A DNA stretch of 56,174 bases from an uncultured Bordetella sp. Lineage in GTDB: Bacteria > Pseudomonadota > Gammaproteobacteria > Burkholderiales > SG8-39. Within the stretch, counting starts at the first letter, position 1. Each line of letters opens with the position of its first letter. The stretch is taken from contig CAYLPI010000006.1 in assembly GCA_964385505.1 (NCBI GenBank), positions 1-56,174 on the forward strand, read 5' to 3'. Both the position numbers and the translations under genes were made by a program. The notes under the pieces were generated by a model, which saw nothing but the letters and a program-made list of their open reading frames with translations, did no database searches and was not told where the DNA came from. Shown piece after piece: positions 37,833 through 47,956 of the stretch.

Positions 37833-40511
37833 ATGTCCGCAATTCCAGAATTCCCTGCCGCAAACGACCCCGATACCCTCGAGACCAAAGAGTGGCTCGA
37901 TGCACTGGAGGCGGTACTTGAGCGCGAGGGTGCCGACCGCGCTCATTACCTTCTCGAAAAGCTGATAGACAAGGCGCGCCGGTCCGGTGCCTACCTGCCC
38001 TACAAAGCGCAGACCGCTTATCTCAACACTATCCCCACTCACCTGGAGCAGCGCTCGCCAGGGGATCACGCCCTTGAGGAGCGCATTCGCTCGTATGCCC
38101 GATGGAACGCGATGGTCATGGTTGCCAAGGCCAACAAAGTCGAGGGTGATCTTGGCGGACATATTGCGAGTTTTGCCTCGGTCGGGACTCTCTTTGGCAT
38201 CGGCTTCAATCATTTCTGGAATGCCCCCCATGAAGGCCACGGCGGCGACCTGATTTATTTTCAGGGCCACTCTGCGCCAGGTGTTTACGCGCGTGCATAT
38301 CTGGAGGGACGGTTGACCGAAGAGCAACTGACCAACTTCCGTCGCGATGTTGATGGCAAAGGCGTCACCTCATATCCCCATCCCTGGCTGATGCCCGATT
38401 TCTGGCAGTTCCCCACGGTCTCAATGGGCCTTGGGCCGCTACAGGCCATTTACCAGGCGCGCTACCTCAAATACCTGCATGCCCGCGGGTTCGCCGATAC
38501 CGCCAATCGCAAGGTCTGGGCGTTCCTGGGGGACGGCGAGACCGACGAACCCGAGTCGCTTGGCGCCATCGGCATGGCGGCTCGCGAGAAGCTGGACAAC
38601 CTGGTTTTCGTCATCAATTGCAACCTGCAGCGTCTTGATGGCCCGGTCCGTGGCAACGGCAAGATCATCCAGGAACTCGAAGGCGAGTTTCGCGGCGCCG
38701 GCTGGAATGTCATCAAGCTGATCTGGGGTTCCTACTGGGATCCACTGCTTGCCCGCGACAAGGACGGCGTGCTGCTCAAGATCATGGAAGAGACGGTGGA
38801 TGGCGAGTATCAGAACTTCAAGGCCAACGATGGCGCCTTCGTAAGAAAGAATTTCTTTGGCAAGCACCCGAAGACGCTTGAAATGGTGTCGCGCATGACC
38901 GACGACGACATCTGGCGCCTAAACCGCGGCGGCCACGATCCGCACAAGATCTATGCTGCTTACGCAGCAGCCACCCAGCACAAGGGACAGCCCACTGTCA
39001 TCCTCGCCAAAACCGTAAAGGGTTACGGCATGGGCAAGATCGGCGAGGGAAAGAACACCACCCACCAGCAGAAGAAAATGGACCTTGAGTCCATCCGTCA
39101 GTTTCGCGACCGGTTCAACATTCCCATTCCGGACGACAGGCTCGAAGAGCTGCCTTTCTACAAACCGGCGCCTGACTCGCCGGAAATGATCTACTTGCAG
39201 GAACGGCGCAAGGCCCTGGGTGGGTATCTGCCGCAACGGCGCCGCACCGCCGATGCCGTTCCTCAAGTCCCGGAAATCGCCGCGTTCGACCAGGTACTCA
39301 AGGCCACCGACCGCGAGATCAGCACGACCATGGCTTTCGTGCGCATCCTTACGGCGCTGGTGCGCGACAAGAACATCGGCAAGCATATCGTTCCCATCGT
39401 TCCTGACGAGGCTCGGACCTTCGGCATGGAGGGCATGTTCCGTCAGTTGGGCATCTTCTCCATCGAGGGGCAGAAGTACGAACCGGTGGACAGGGACCAG
39501 GTGATGTATTACCGCGAGGACAAGGCCGGGCAGATCCTCGAAGAGGGCATCAACGAGGCCGGCGCATTCTCCTCATGGATTGCGGCCGCCACCTCCTACA
39601 GCACGACCAACGTCATCACGATTCCATTCTATATTTTCTACTCGATGTTCGGCATGCAGCGCATCGGCGACCTTGCGTGGGCGGCGGGTGACCAGCGCGC
39701 GCGCGGATTCCTGCTGGGTGGGACAGCCGGACGCACCACGCTGAACGGAGAGGGACTGCAGCACGAGGACGGGCACAGTCACGTGATGTCGTCGGTCATA
39801 CCCAACTGCATTTCCTACGACCCGACCTTCGCTTACGAACTGGCCGTCATCATCCACGACGGACTGCGTCGAATGGTGACCAACCAGGAGGACGTGTTCT
39901 ACTACATCACGGTGATGAACGAGAATTACGTCCACCCGGCGTTGCCTGCGGGCACCGAGCAGGGCATTCTGAAGGGCATGTACCTGTTCAAGCAGGTCGG
40001 CAAGAAAAAACACAGGGTGCAGCTGATGGGCTCCGGTACCATCCTGCGCGAAGTCATTGCCGCCGCCGACATGCTCGAAAAAGAGTGGGACGTTGCCTCG
40101 GACATCTGGAGCTGCCCGAGTTTTACCGAGTTACGGCGCGAGGGGCACGATGTGGAGCGCTGGAATTTGCTGCATCCGACGGAAACCGCCAGAAAGAGCT
40201 ATGTTGAGCAATGTCTTGAGAAGCACGAGGGCCCGGTGGTCGCGTCCACCGATTACATGAAGGCGTTCGCCGATCAGATCCGCCAATTCATACCGCGGGG
40301 ACGCAACTTCCGGGTGTTGGGTACCGACGGATTCGGGCGGTCGGACACGCGGGAAAAGCTGCGCCACCACTTTGAGGTCAACCGCCAGTGGGTGGTGGTC
40401 GCTGCGCTTAAATCGCTGGCAGAGGACGGGGCGATCAAGTCCGCGGTGGTCGCCGACGCGATCAAGAAATACGGACTCGATACATCGAAGCCCAACCCGG
40501 TCTCGGTCTGA
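37833..40511 (+). CDS. aceE: Pyruvate dehydrogenase E1 component (homodimeric type)
   Basis: 892 aa. DPDTLETKEWLDALEAVLEREG…, GDGETDEPES, typical AceE length. Confidence 0.95.
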   Translation: MSAIPEFPAANDPDTLETKEWLDALEAVLEREGADRAHYLLEKLIDKARRSGAYLPYKAQTAYLNTIPTHLEQRSPGDHALEERIRSYARWNAMVMVAKANKVEGDLGGHIASFASVGTLFGIGFNHFWNAPHEGHGGDLIYFQGHSAPGVYARAYLEGRLTEEQLTNFRRDVDGKGVTSYPHPWLMPDFWQFPTVSMGLGPLQAIYQARYLKYLHARGFADTANRKVWAFLGDGETDEPESLGAIGMAAREKLDNLVFVINCNLQRLDGPVRGNGKIIQELEGEFRGAGWNVIKLIWGSYWDPLLARDKDGVLLKIMEETVDGEYQNFKANDGAFVRKNFFGKHPKTLEMVSRMTDDDIWRLNRGGHDPHKIYAAYAAATQHKGQPTVILAKTVKGYGMGKIGEGKNTTHQQKKMDLESIRQFRDRFNIPIPDDRLEELPFYKPAPDSPEMIYLQERRKALGGYLPQRRRTADAVPQVPEIAAFDQVLKATDREISTTMAFVRILTALVRDKNIGKHIVPIVPDEARTFGMEGMFRQLGIFSIEGQKYEPVDRDQVMYYREDKAGQILEEGINEAGAFSSWIAAATSYSTTNVITIPFYIFYSMFGMQRIGDLAWAAGDQRARGFLLGGTAGRTTLNGEGLQHEDGHSHVMSSVIPNCISYDPTFAYELAVIIHDGLRRMVTNQEDVFYYITVMNENYVHPALPAGTEQGILKGMYLFKQVGKKKHRVQLMGSGTILREVIAAADMLEKEWDVASDIWSCPSFTELRREGHDVERWNLLHPTETARKSYVEQCLEKHEGPVVASTDYMKAFADQIRQFIPRGRNFRVLGTDGFGRSDTREKLRHHFEVNRQWVVVAALKSLAEDGAIKSAVVADAIKKYGLDTSKPNPVSV

Positions 40512-40567
40512 ATGTTTGAAGCGCAGCATTGATATCGGGGCGGGCGCGTTTCTGGCGTGACGCTGGC

Positions 40568-40612
40568 GCAACACGCTGACGCAACACGCTGACGCAACAC
40601 GCTGACGCAACA
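40568..40612. repeat. 13-bp tandem repeat (about 3.5 copies) in the aceE-aceF spacer
   Basis: gcaacacgctgac at 40568-40580, 40581-40593 and 40594-40606, then partial gcaaca. Confidence 0.9.
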
Positions 40613-40629
40613 TCTAGCAAGGAAAAAAA

Positions 40630-41943
40630 ATGGCTGGCATCAAGGAGGTTCGTGTTCCCGACATCGGCGACTTCAAGGAAGTCGATGTTGTCGAGGTTCT
40701 GGTCAGTGTGGGCGACGTGGTCAAGCCCGAGCAGTCGCTGATATCGGTCGAGTCGGATAAGGCCACCATGGAAATTCCCTCCCCCGCAGCGGGCGTGGTG
40801 AAGGAATTGAAAATCAAAGTCGGCGACAAGGTGGCCGAGGGCAGTCTGTTGCTGTTACTTGACGAGTCCGAAGGCGTTGCGGCGCCGGCGGCACCTGGCG
40901 CGCCCAAGGCACCCGTCGCCGCTCCAGCGCCGCCGCCTGCACCCAGCGCCCCCGCCCCCGTAGCGGCGCCGATCACACCGGCCGCGCCCGTTCCGTTTGA
41001 GCCTGTATTCGAGTCGGCGACGTTCAAGCCGCACGCCAGCCCAAGTATCCGCAAATTCGCGCGCGAATTGGGTGTGGATCTGGCAAAAGTCAGCGGTACA
41101 GGCCCCAAAGGGCGGGTTACCCAGGAGGACGTCCAGGGATTCGTCAAAGGGGTGATGCGTGGGGCGCCTGCAACGGCGGCGCCCGCGTCCGCAGGCGGGT
41201 ACGGATTTAATCTGCCGGAGTGGCCGAACGTCGATTTCGCAAAATTCGGCCCGATCGAGTCCAAGCCCCTGGCGCGCATCAAGAAGCTTTCCGGCGCCAA
41301 CCTGCATCGCAACTGGGTCGGCATACCGCATGTCACGCAGTTTGACCAGGCAGACATCACCGATCTGGAGGCCTTTCGCAAGTCGAACACCGCCGAAACG
41401 GAGAAGCAGGGCTTCAAGCTCACCATGCTCGCATTCTTGATCAAGGCCAGCGTCACCGCATTGCGTCAGCATCCGGATTTCAACGCGTCGCTCGACAAAA
41501 CCGGCGAGAGCCTGATCCTGAAAAAATACTTCCATGTCGGCGTTGCCGTGGACACGCCGGATGGTCTGGTGGTACCGGTCATACGCGACGCCGACCGCAA
41601 GGGGGTGTTTGACCTTGCGCGCGAACTGTCCGAAATTTCCAAGCTGGCACGCGACAAGAAGCTCAAGCCCGGAGATATGCAGGGCGGGTGTTTTTCGATA
41701 TCCAGCCTTGGCGGCATTGGCGGCAGTGCGTTCACGCCCATCATCAATGCGCCCGAAGTAGCCATTCTCGGGGTTTCGAAATCGGCAATGCAGCCGGTGT
41801 GGAACGGCAAGGAGTTCGAACCAAGATTGATGCTGCCGCTTTCACTTTCCTACGACCATCGTGTCATTGATGGTGCGTCTGCGGCCCGATTTACGTCATA
41901 TCTTGCCTCGGTACTGTCAGATATCCGGCGCTCCCTGCTCTAG
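40630..41943 (+). CDS. aceF: Dihydrolipoamide acetyltransferase E2 (single lipoyl domain)
   Basis: Lipoyl motif [14 protein letters not shown], Ala/Pro linkers, PSBD ([16 protein letters not shown]), catalytic C-terminus [13 protein letters not shown]. Confidence 0.95.
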   Translation: MAGIKEVRVPDIGDFKEVDVVEVLVSVGDVVKPEQSLISVESDKATMEIPSPAAGVVKELKIKVGDKVAEGSLLLLLDESEGVAAPAAPGAPKAPVAAPAPPPAPSAPAPVAAPITPAAPVPFEPVFESATFKPHASPSIRKFARELGVDLAKVSGTGPKGRVTQEDVQGFVKGVMRGAPATAAPASAGGYGFNLPEWPNVDFAKFGPIESKPLARIKKLSGANLHRNWVGIPHVTQFDQADITDLEAFRKSNTAETEKQGFKLTMLAFLIKASVTALRQHPDFNASLDKTGESLILKKYFHVGVAVDTPDGLVVPVIRDADRKGVFDLARELSEISKLARDKKLKPGDMQGGCFSISSLGGIGGSAFTPIINAPEVAILGVSKSAMQPVWNGKEFEPRLMLPLSLSYDHRVIDGASAARFTSYLASVLSDIRRSLL

Positions 41944-42044
41944 ATTGCGGCAGAACCTGCCTGTACTGGTTTGATCGCAGAGATGCAAGTTGACAAGCAC
42001 TCCGGGGCGCAGCCCTCTCGCCCGAGATAACTGAAAGCCAAGTC

Positions 42045-43805
42045 ATGAGCCTTATCGAAGTAAAGATTCCCGACATCGGCGATTTCAAGGATGTCGATGT
42101 AGTCGAGGTCCTCGTCAAGGCCGGCGATACCGTCGCCAAGGAACAGTCGCTGCTTTCGCTGGAGTCCGACAAGGCCACCATTGAGATCCCGTCGCCCCAC
42201 GCCGGCGTAGTCAAGGAAATGAGAATCAAAGTTGGCGACAAGGCGTCCGAGGGCGACCTGCTGATGTTGATTGAGGTGTCCGCAGGTGCGGACGCTCCCG
42301 GCAAACCGTCCGAGGCGGCGGCGACGGCCCCTGCGCCGGTGCAGACCAAGCCGGTAGCAACCGCACCGGCCGCCGCGGACTTTGCCGGCATTGCCGATGT
42401 CAGTTGCGACATGCTGGTGCTGGGTTCCGGGCCCGGAGGGTACGCTGCCGCGTTCCGCGCGGCTGACCTCGGTATGAACACGGTTCTGGTCGAGCGTTAC
42501 GCGGCATTGGGCGGCGTCTGCCTCAACGTCGGCTGCATCCCGAGCAAGTCCCTGCTGCATACGGCGGCGATCATGGACGAGGCGAAGGCCATGGCTTCGC
42601 ATGGCATCACCTTTGCCGAGCCCGAGGTGGACATGGACAAGCTGCGCGAGTTCAAGAACAAGGTCGTCAGCAAGCTCTCGAGCGGTGTTGCCGGCATGGC
42701 CAAAATGCGCAAGGTGTCGGTACTCATCGGCAACGGCAGTTTTGTCGGTCCCAACCACATGGCGGTCGAGACCGGGGAGGGACGCAAGATCGTCGCCTTC
42801 AAGAACGCGATCATCGCCGCGGGTTCCCAATCGGCCAAACTGCCGGGGCTGCCTGATGATCCGCGCATCGTCGATTCCACCGGGGCTCTGGAGCTGCGCT
42901 CGCGCCCGAAAAAAATGCTGATCATTGGCGGGGGCATCATCGGTCTGGAAATGGGCACCGTCTATTCGACGCTGGGTGCGCGCCTCGACGTGGTCGAGAT
43001 GATGGACGGCCTGATGGCCGGCGCTGACCGCGATCTCGTCAAGGTCTGGCAAAAATTCAACGACAGTCGCTTCGACAAGATCATGCTCAAGACCAAAACG
43101 GCCAAGGTTGAGGCGACCAAGCAGGGTATCAAGGTCTGGTTCGAGGGCGAGAATGCGCCGCCCGAGCCCCAGCTCTATGACATGGTGCTCGTTTCCGTGG
43201 GGCGCGTGCCCAACGGCAAAAAAATCGGCGCCGAGGCAGCCGGCGTGATCGTCGGTGAGCGCGGCTTCATTCCCGTGGACTCGCAAATGCGCACCAACTT
43301 GCCGCACATCTACGCCGTAGGCGACATTGCCGGCCAGCCGATGCTGGCGCACAAGGCGACGCACGAGGCACATGTCGCGGCCGAGGCTGCAGCCGGGCAG
43401 AGGTCGCACCTCGATGCGCGGGTGATTCCTTCGGTCGCCTATACCGACCCGGAAGTGGCGTGGGTAGGCATGACCGAAGACGAGGCCAAAAAGCAGGGTA
43501 TCAAGCTCGGTGTGGGCAAGTATCCCTGGTCGGCGCTGGGCCGTGCCATCGCCAACGGCCGTGATGAGGGCTATGTCAAGCTGTTGTTCGCCGAAGACAC
43601 GCATCGCATTGTCGGTGGCGCCATCGTCGGCAACGGCGGCGGCGACATGGTGAGCGAAATTGCGCTTGCCATCGAGATGGGCGCCGACGCCACAGACATA
43701 GGCAAGACCATCCATCCACACCCTACCCTGGGCGAATCGGTCGGGCTGGCTGCGGAGTTTTACGAGGGCGTCTGCACCGACCTGCCACCGCCCAAAAAGA
43801 AGTAG
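42045..43805 (+). CDS. lpdA: Dihydrolipoyl dehydrogenase E3 with an N-terminal lipoyl domain
   Basis: N-terminus LESDKATIEIPSP (lipoyl), Ala/Pro linker, then GSGPGGY, redox CLNVGCIPSK and the HPHPTLGE interface motif. Confidence 0.95.
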   Translation: MSLIEVKIPDIGDFKDVDVVEVLVKAGDTVAKEQSLLSLESDKATIEIPSPHAGVVKEMRIKVGDKASEGDLLMLIEVSAGADAPGKPSEAAATAPAPVQTKPVATAPAAADFAGIADVSCDMLVLGSGPGGYAAAFRAADLGMNTVLVERYAALGGVCLNVGCIPSKSLLHTAAIMDEAKAMASHGITFAEPEVDMDKLREFKNKVVSKLSSGVAGMAKMRKVSVLIGNGSFVGPNHMAVETGEGRKIVAFKNAIIAAGSQSAKLPGLPDDPRIVDSTGALELRSRPKKMLIIGGGIIGLEMGTVYSTLGARLDVVEMMDGLMAGADRDLVKVWQKFNDSRFDKIMLKTKTAKVEATKQGIKVWFEGENAPPEPQLYDMVLVSVGRVPNGKKIGAEAAGVIVGERGFIPVDSQMRTNLPHIYAVGDIAGQPMLAHKATHEAHVAAEAAAGQRSHLDARVIPSVAYTDPEVAWVGMTEDEAKKQGIKLGVGKYPWSALGRAIANGRDEGYVKLLFAEDTHRIVGGAIVGNGGGDMVSEIALAIEMGADATDIGKTIHPHPTLGESVGLAAEFYEGVCTDLPPPKKK

Positions 43806-43862
43806 CGTTACGCGAACCAGCGCACCGCTCGTATATCGCTCAAATCAGAAGAAGGTCTGTCA

Positions 43863-44534
43863 ATGAACGCCATGACCCAGGACGAACTCAAGCAGGCTGT
43901 CGCGCGCGAAGCGATCAAATACGTGCAGGATGCCATTGTTGGCGTCGGCACCGGCTCGACCGCCAATTTTTTCATCGACGAGCTGGGCAAGATCAGGGGG
44001 CGCATAGACGGCGCCGTCGCCAGTTCCGACAAAACAGCCGAGAGGCTGAAAGCCAACGGCATTCGCGTTATTGATCTCAACAGTGTCAGCGAGATTCCGG
44101 TTTATGTCGATGGTGCCGACGAGATCACAGAGCATATGTCAATGATCAAGGGCGGTGGCGGCGCGCTGACACGTGAAAAAATCGTCGCGGCGGTGGCGCG
44201 CAAATTCATCTGCATCGCCGACGAGTCCAAGCTGGTGGGCGTGCTGGGGAAGTTTCCCCTTCCCATAGAGGTGCTGCCGATGGCGCGCTCGTATGTGGCG
44301 CGGGAAATGGTCAAGCTTGGCGGGAGTCCGGAGTTACGGCAGGGTTTCACCACGGATAACGGGAATTTAATTCTGGATGTCTACGGCCTTTCCATCATGA
44401 AGCCGCTTGAGCTCGAGGGTGACATCAACCAGATCGCCGGCGTTGTTTCCTGCGGCTTGTTTGCCCGTCGTGGCGCCGATATCGCACTGCTGGGAACGCC
44501 ACAGGGCGTCAAAACCCTGAAACGGAAGGTTTGA
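43863..44534 (+). CDS. rpiA: Ribose-5-phosphate isomerase A
   Basis: [16 protein letters not shown]…YVDGADE…[11 protein letters not shown]. Confidence 0.95.
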   Translation: MNAMTQDELKQAVAREAIKYVQDAIVGVGTGSTANFFIDELGKIRGRIDGAVASSDKTAERLKANGIRVIDLNSVSEIPVYVDGADEITEHMSMIKGGGGALTREKIVAAVARKFICIADESKLVGVLGKFPLPIEVLPMARSYVAREMVKLGGSPELRQGFTTDNGNLILDVYGLSIMKPLELEGDINQIAGVVSCGLFARRGADIALLGTPQGVKTLKRKV

Positions 44535-44573
44535 TGCAATGCGGTTGTAACAATTCGGTGCTAGGCTGAGAGG

Positions 44574-45275
44574 ATGAACATGTCCGAGCATATTTCCAAA
44601 CAGTTCGACGCCGAGCTTGAGGCGGTGCGCACCCGCGTGCTGCAAATGGGCGGCCTCGTTGAGGAACAGATTGTCCGGGCGATGGATGCGCTTGGTTCGG
44701 GCGATATGGCCAGCATCGACGGTGTCATCGCGGACGATCACAGGGTCAATGCCCTGGAGGTCGAGCTTGACGAGGCCTGCAGTCACATCATTGCGCGCCG
44801 TCAGCCGGCAGCAAGCGATTTGCGCCTCATCATCGCCGTCATCAAGACCATCACCGATCTGGAGCGCATCGGCGATGAGGCGGAAAAAATAGCGCGCATG
44901 GCCAAACTGATCCATTCCGCCGAGAAAATGCACATGCCGCGTCTGGAAATGAAGCATATGGCCGGGCATGCCCTTTCGATGCTGAGAAAGGCGCTCGATT
45001 CGTTTGCGCGGCTCGACGCAGTGGCGGCCGGGGAGGTGGTGGTGGCTGACGAGCTAGTCGACGACGAGTTCAGATCCGTGCTGCGCCAGCTCATCACCTT
45101 CATGATGGAGGATCCGCGCACCATTTCGCGTTGCCTCGAGGTGCTTTTCATCGCCAAGGCGCTCGAGCGCATCGGGGACCACTCCAAGAACATGGCGGAG
45201 TACGTCATTTATGTGGTGGAGGGCCGGGATGTACGCCACTTGTCCTCTGACGGCTTTGTCAAGAAGACGCCCTAG
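44574..45275 (+). CDS. phoU: Phosphate signalling complex protein PhoU
   Basis: MNMSEHISKQFDAELEAVRTRVLQMGG… with two PhoU repeats. The RBS gagagga favours the second ATG, at 44580. Confidence 0.9.
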   Translation: MNMSEHISKQFDAELEAVRTRVLQMGGLVEEQIVRAMDALGSGDMASIDGVIADDHRVNALEVELDEACSHIIARRQPAASDLRLIIAVIKTITDLERIGDEAEKIARMAKLIHSAEKMHMPRLEMKHMAGHALSMLRKALDSFARLDAVAAGEVVVADELVDDEFRSVLRQLITFMMEDPRTISRCLEVLFIAKALERIGDHSKNMAEYVIYVVEGRDVRHLSSDGFVKKTP

Positions 45276-45291
45276 TATCCCGCTGCTCCGG

Positions 45292-45329
45292 CAAAAAACG
45301 AAAGGGCCGCTTGAAGCGGCCCTTTTTTA
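45292..45329. terminator. Bidirectional rho-independent terminator between phoU and yggX
   Basis: A-run, gggccgc-ttgaa-gcggccc, then T-run. Confidence 0.85.
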
Positions 45330-45341
45330 TGCCCGAGCAGC

Positions 45342-45614
45342 TTACTTGGTTGGCGGGACGTAACCCTGCGCCGCGTCTGCGCCATCGCCAAAAAAATGCT
45401 TCTCCAGTTGTTCGGCGAGGTATTTTCGCGCCCGGGCATCGGCGAGGCTGAGGCGATTCTCGTTGATCAACATGGTCTGGTGCTTTATCCAACCCTGCCA
45501 TGCTTCCTTTGATACGCTTTCAAAAATTTTCTTGCCCAGGTCGCCAGGGTAGGGCGGGAAATCCAGTCCCTCCGCTTCGCGGCCCAGTTTGATGCAATTG
45601 ACCATGCGTGCCAT
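45342..45614 (-). CDS. yggX: Oxidative-damage protection / Fe(2+)-trafficking protein YggX
   Basis: [55 protein letters not shown]. Confidence 0.9.
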   Translation of the reverse strand: MARMVNCIKLGREAEGLDFPPYPGDLGKKIFESVSKEAWQGWIKHQTMLINENRLSLADARARKYLAEQLEKHFFGDGADAAQGYVPPTK

Positions 45615-45652
45615 GTGTTTCTCCTGAAAGGTGTGCGTGTTTGCTTTGGCGC

Positions 45653-46969
45653 CTAGATTGGTTTGGCCAGAACCTTGGACCGGCGCTGCCAGTTATACAA
45701 GGAGCGTTTGGGCTCCGGCAATTGTTCAATGCCGGCTTCGGAAAAGCCGCGCTCGATAAACCAATGCGTGGTCCGGGTGGTGAGGACGAAAATTTTCTTA
45801 TACCCCAGTTTCTTGGCGACGGTCATGCCGTGTTCGAGTAACTTGTCGCCGTGGCCCAGCCGGCGAAACTCCGGACGCACCGCGACTGCGGCCAATTCCG
45901 CCGACTTCCCCGCCGGGAAGGGATAGAGCGCGGCGCAGCCGACAATGAGCTTGTCGTATTCGAGCACGAAAAATCGCTGTATCTCGCGCTCCAGCCGCTC
46001 CCGGCCGCGGTAAACCAGGGTGCCGTCGGATTCGAGCGGTTCCAGCAATTGCAGGATGCCGCCGATGTCGTCGATATTGGCCGGGCGCAGACGCTCGAGC
46101 TTGTCCGAGGTGATCATGCAGCCCGAACCGGCGTGCGTGAACAGCTCGATCAACAGCGCGCCGTCAACCTTGTGTGAGATCAGGTGGGAGCGTGCCACGC
46201 CGCCGCGCACTGCTTCCACCGCGTGGGCGAGATAAAGCCGCGTATCGTCGGTGAGGCCCTTGCCCTTTTCGAGAAGGCGGTCGGCCTCGTCGCCGGACAG
46301 TGCGGCGATCGGCCGCCCGCGGTTGTCTTCGACCGGGGCGTCGGTAAGAAAAACCAGCTTCTCCGCCTGCAGCGCCCTGGCTGTGACCACCGCAACGTCT
46401 TCCATCTGCAGGTTGAACACTTCGCCCGTGGGCGAGTAGCCGACATTGGAAATGATGACGATGTTGCCGCCATCCAGGCATGATTCAATGGCCGCCGTGT
46501 CCACCTTGCGGACCGTACCCGAGTACTGGTAGTCGACACCGTCGAGCACGCCCATCGGCTGGGCGGTGATGAAATTGCCCGAAACGGTATTGATCGGGGC
46601 GCCCGCCATGGGGGAATTGGGCAGTCCCTGGGAGAGCAGCGCGTCAATGTCCATGCGCAGAATGCCCACGGCCTCCTTGACGCATTCCAGGGTCGCCGGA
46701 TCGGTGATTCTCACGCCGTTGGCAAAGCGCGACCGCGCCCGGCGTTGCCTCAGTTGCGCTTCGATTTGCGGCCGCGCGCCGTGCACCAGCACCAGACGTA
46801 TGCCCGCGCTGTAGAGCAGGTTGATGTCGTTGGCGAGCACGGCGAACTTGCCCTGCTCGACGACGTCTCCGCCAAAGGCGATGACCAGGGTCTTGCCGCG
46901 AAACGAGTGGAAATACGGCGCCGCGGAGCGGAACCAGGCGACAAATTGGGCGTTGGGTGATGTTGCCAT
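45653..46969 (-). CDS. argA: Amino-acid N-acetyltransferase (N-acetylglutamate synthase)
   Basis: From the ATG at 46967-46969: [34 protein letters not shown]… (AAK domain) plus a C-terminal GNAT domain (…[12 protein letters not shown]…). Confidence 0.9.
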   Translation of the reverse strand: MATSPNAQFVAWFRSAAPYFHSFRGKTLVIAFGGDVVEQGKFAVLANDINLLYSAGIRLVLVHGARPQIEAQLRQRRARSRFANGVRITDPATLECVKEAVGILRMDIDALLSQGLPNSPMAGAPINTVSGNFITAQPMGVLDGVDYQYSGTVRKVDTAAIESCLDGGNIVIISNVGYSPTGEVFNLQMEDVAVVTARALQAEKLVFLTDAPVEDNRGRPIAALSGDEADRLLEKGKGLTDDTRLYLAHAVEAVRGGVARSHLISHKVDGALLIELFTHAGSGCMITSDKLERLRPANIDDIGGILQLLEPLESDGTLVYRGRERLEREIQRFFVLEYDKLIVGCAALYPFPAGKSAELAAVAVRPEFRRLGHGDKLLEHGMTVAKKLGYKKIFVLTTRTTHWFIERGFSEAGIEQLPEPKRSLYNWQRRSKVLAKPI

Positions 46970-47087
46970 GGGGTGCGATTCTACTGCATGGCGGCGGGCA
47001 ACAGAACGCGGGCGTCGGCAACAGTGGCGGCGATGTATCTCCCGGCATGGTACCGGTGTTTCAAAGCGTTCTGGCGCCAGAGCGCGG

Positions 47088-47828
47088 CTACAAGTCGCCC
47101 CACATCGCCTGCAATGCCGCCAGCGCCGCAAGTGGCGCCGTCTCCGTGCGCAAGATGCGGGGGCCGAGGCGCAGCCCGACAAACCCCGCCGACAGCGCCA
47201 ACTGCAGCTCCGGCGGCGAGAGGCCTCCTTCCGGCCCGACCAGCAAGGTCACTTCATCCGCGGGCGCGAGATCCTTGAGCCCAATGGTCTCGTCGGGGGC
47301 CAATACCAGCCGCATGCCTGCACTCGGCGCCAGCGCCAGCCACTGCGGCAGGTCTTGCGTCGGCAAAACCTCGGGCACGCTGTTGCGGCCGCATTGTTCG
47401 CAGGCGGAAATCACCACGTTTTGCCAATGGGTCTGGCGGCGCGCCATACGCACCTCGTCAAGTCGCACGATACTGCGCTCGCTTTGCAGGGGTTGTATCG
47501 CGCAGACGCCTAACTCGGTTGCCTTTTGCAGCGTGATATCCATGCGGTCCCCGCTTGACAGACACTGCGCCAGCGTCATGCGTAGAGGCGATTCGCAGGC
47601 GACGGCGCGGAATTCGCCGACGTTTGCGCGCATTTCACGGCCGACTTGCACCAGCACTGCAGTGTATTCTCCGCCTGAGCCGTCAAACAGGCGTACCGCC
47701 TCACCGGGCTTGAGCCGTAACGCGGCAGCATGGGCGCGCGCCGCTTCATCCAGCGCAACCTGATTCCCCGGGCGTAAGCCGGTTTTCAGATAAAGACGCG
47801 GGGAGGCCCTGGATTTTGTTGATTTCAC
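47088..47828 (-). CDS. rsmE: 16S rRNA (uracil1498-N3)-methyltransferase
   Basis: 246 aa, GTG start. …PRLYLK…, LVGPEGGLSPPE and RLGPRILRTETA motifs. Confidence 0.85.
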   Translation of the reverse strand: MKSTKSRASPRLYLKTGLRPGNQVALDEAARAHAAALRLKPGEAVRLFDGSGGEYTAVLVQVGREMRANVGEFRAVACESPLRMTLAQCLSSGDRMDITLQKATELGVCAIQPLQSERSIVRLDEVRMARRQTHWQNVVISACEQCGRNSVPEVLPTQDLPQWLALAPSAGMRLVLAPDETIGLKDLAPADEVTLLVGPEGGLSPPELQLALSAGFVGLRLGPRILRTETAPLAALAALQAMWGDL

Positions 47829-47956
47829 GGAAGAATTTTAGCAGAACCCGGATTTGATCCAGCCTTGACAGGTTGGGTGATGCACTGCACAAAAAATCGG
47901 TGGGTCGGACTGTTTTTGCTGTAGAATTCGCCACCTTTTGCCCACGGTCACACGCC

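Noticed and set aside
45653-47182. N-terminal extensions in many track ORFs, for example argA from 47182, ntrC from 28165, tauD from 22887, thiC from 5626, the CMD gene from 14795, the HAD gene from 11947 and livM from 2414.
   Set aside because: The extensions are Arg/Pro-rich and overlap upstream genes or leaders. Internal ATGs with an RBS or ATGA/ATGCTTGA coupling restore canonical conserved N-termini, so I used the shorter coordinates.
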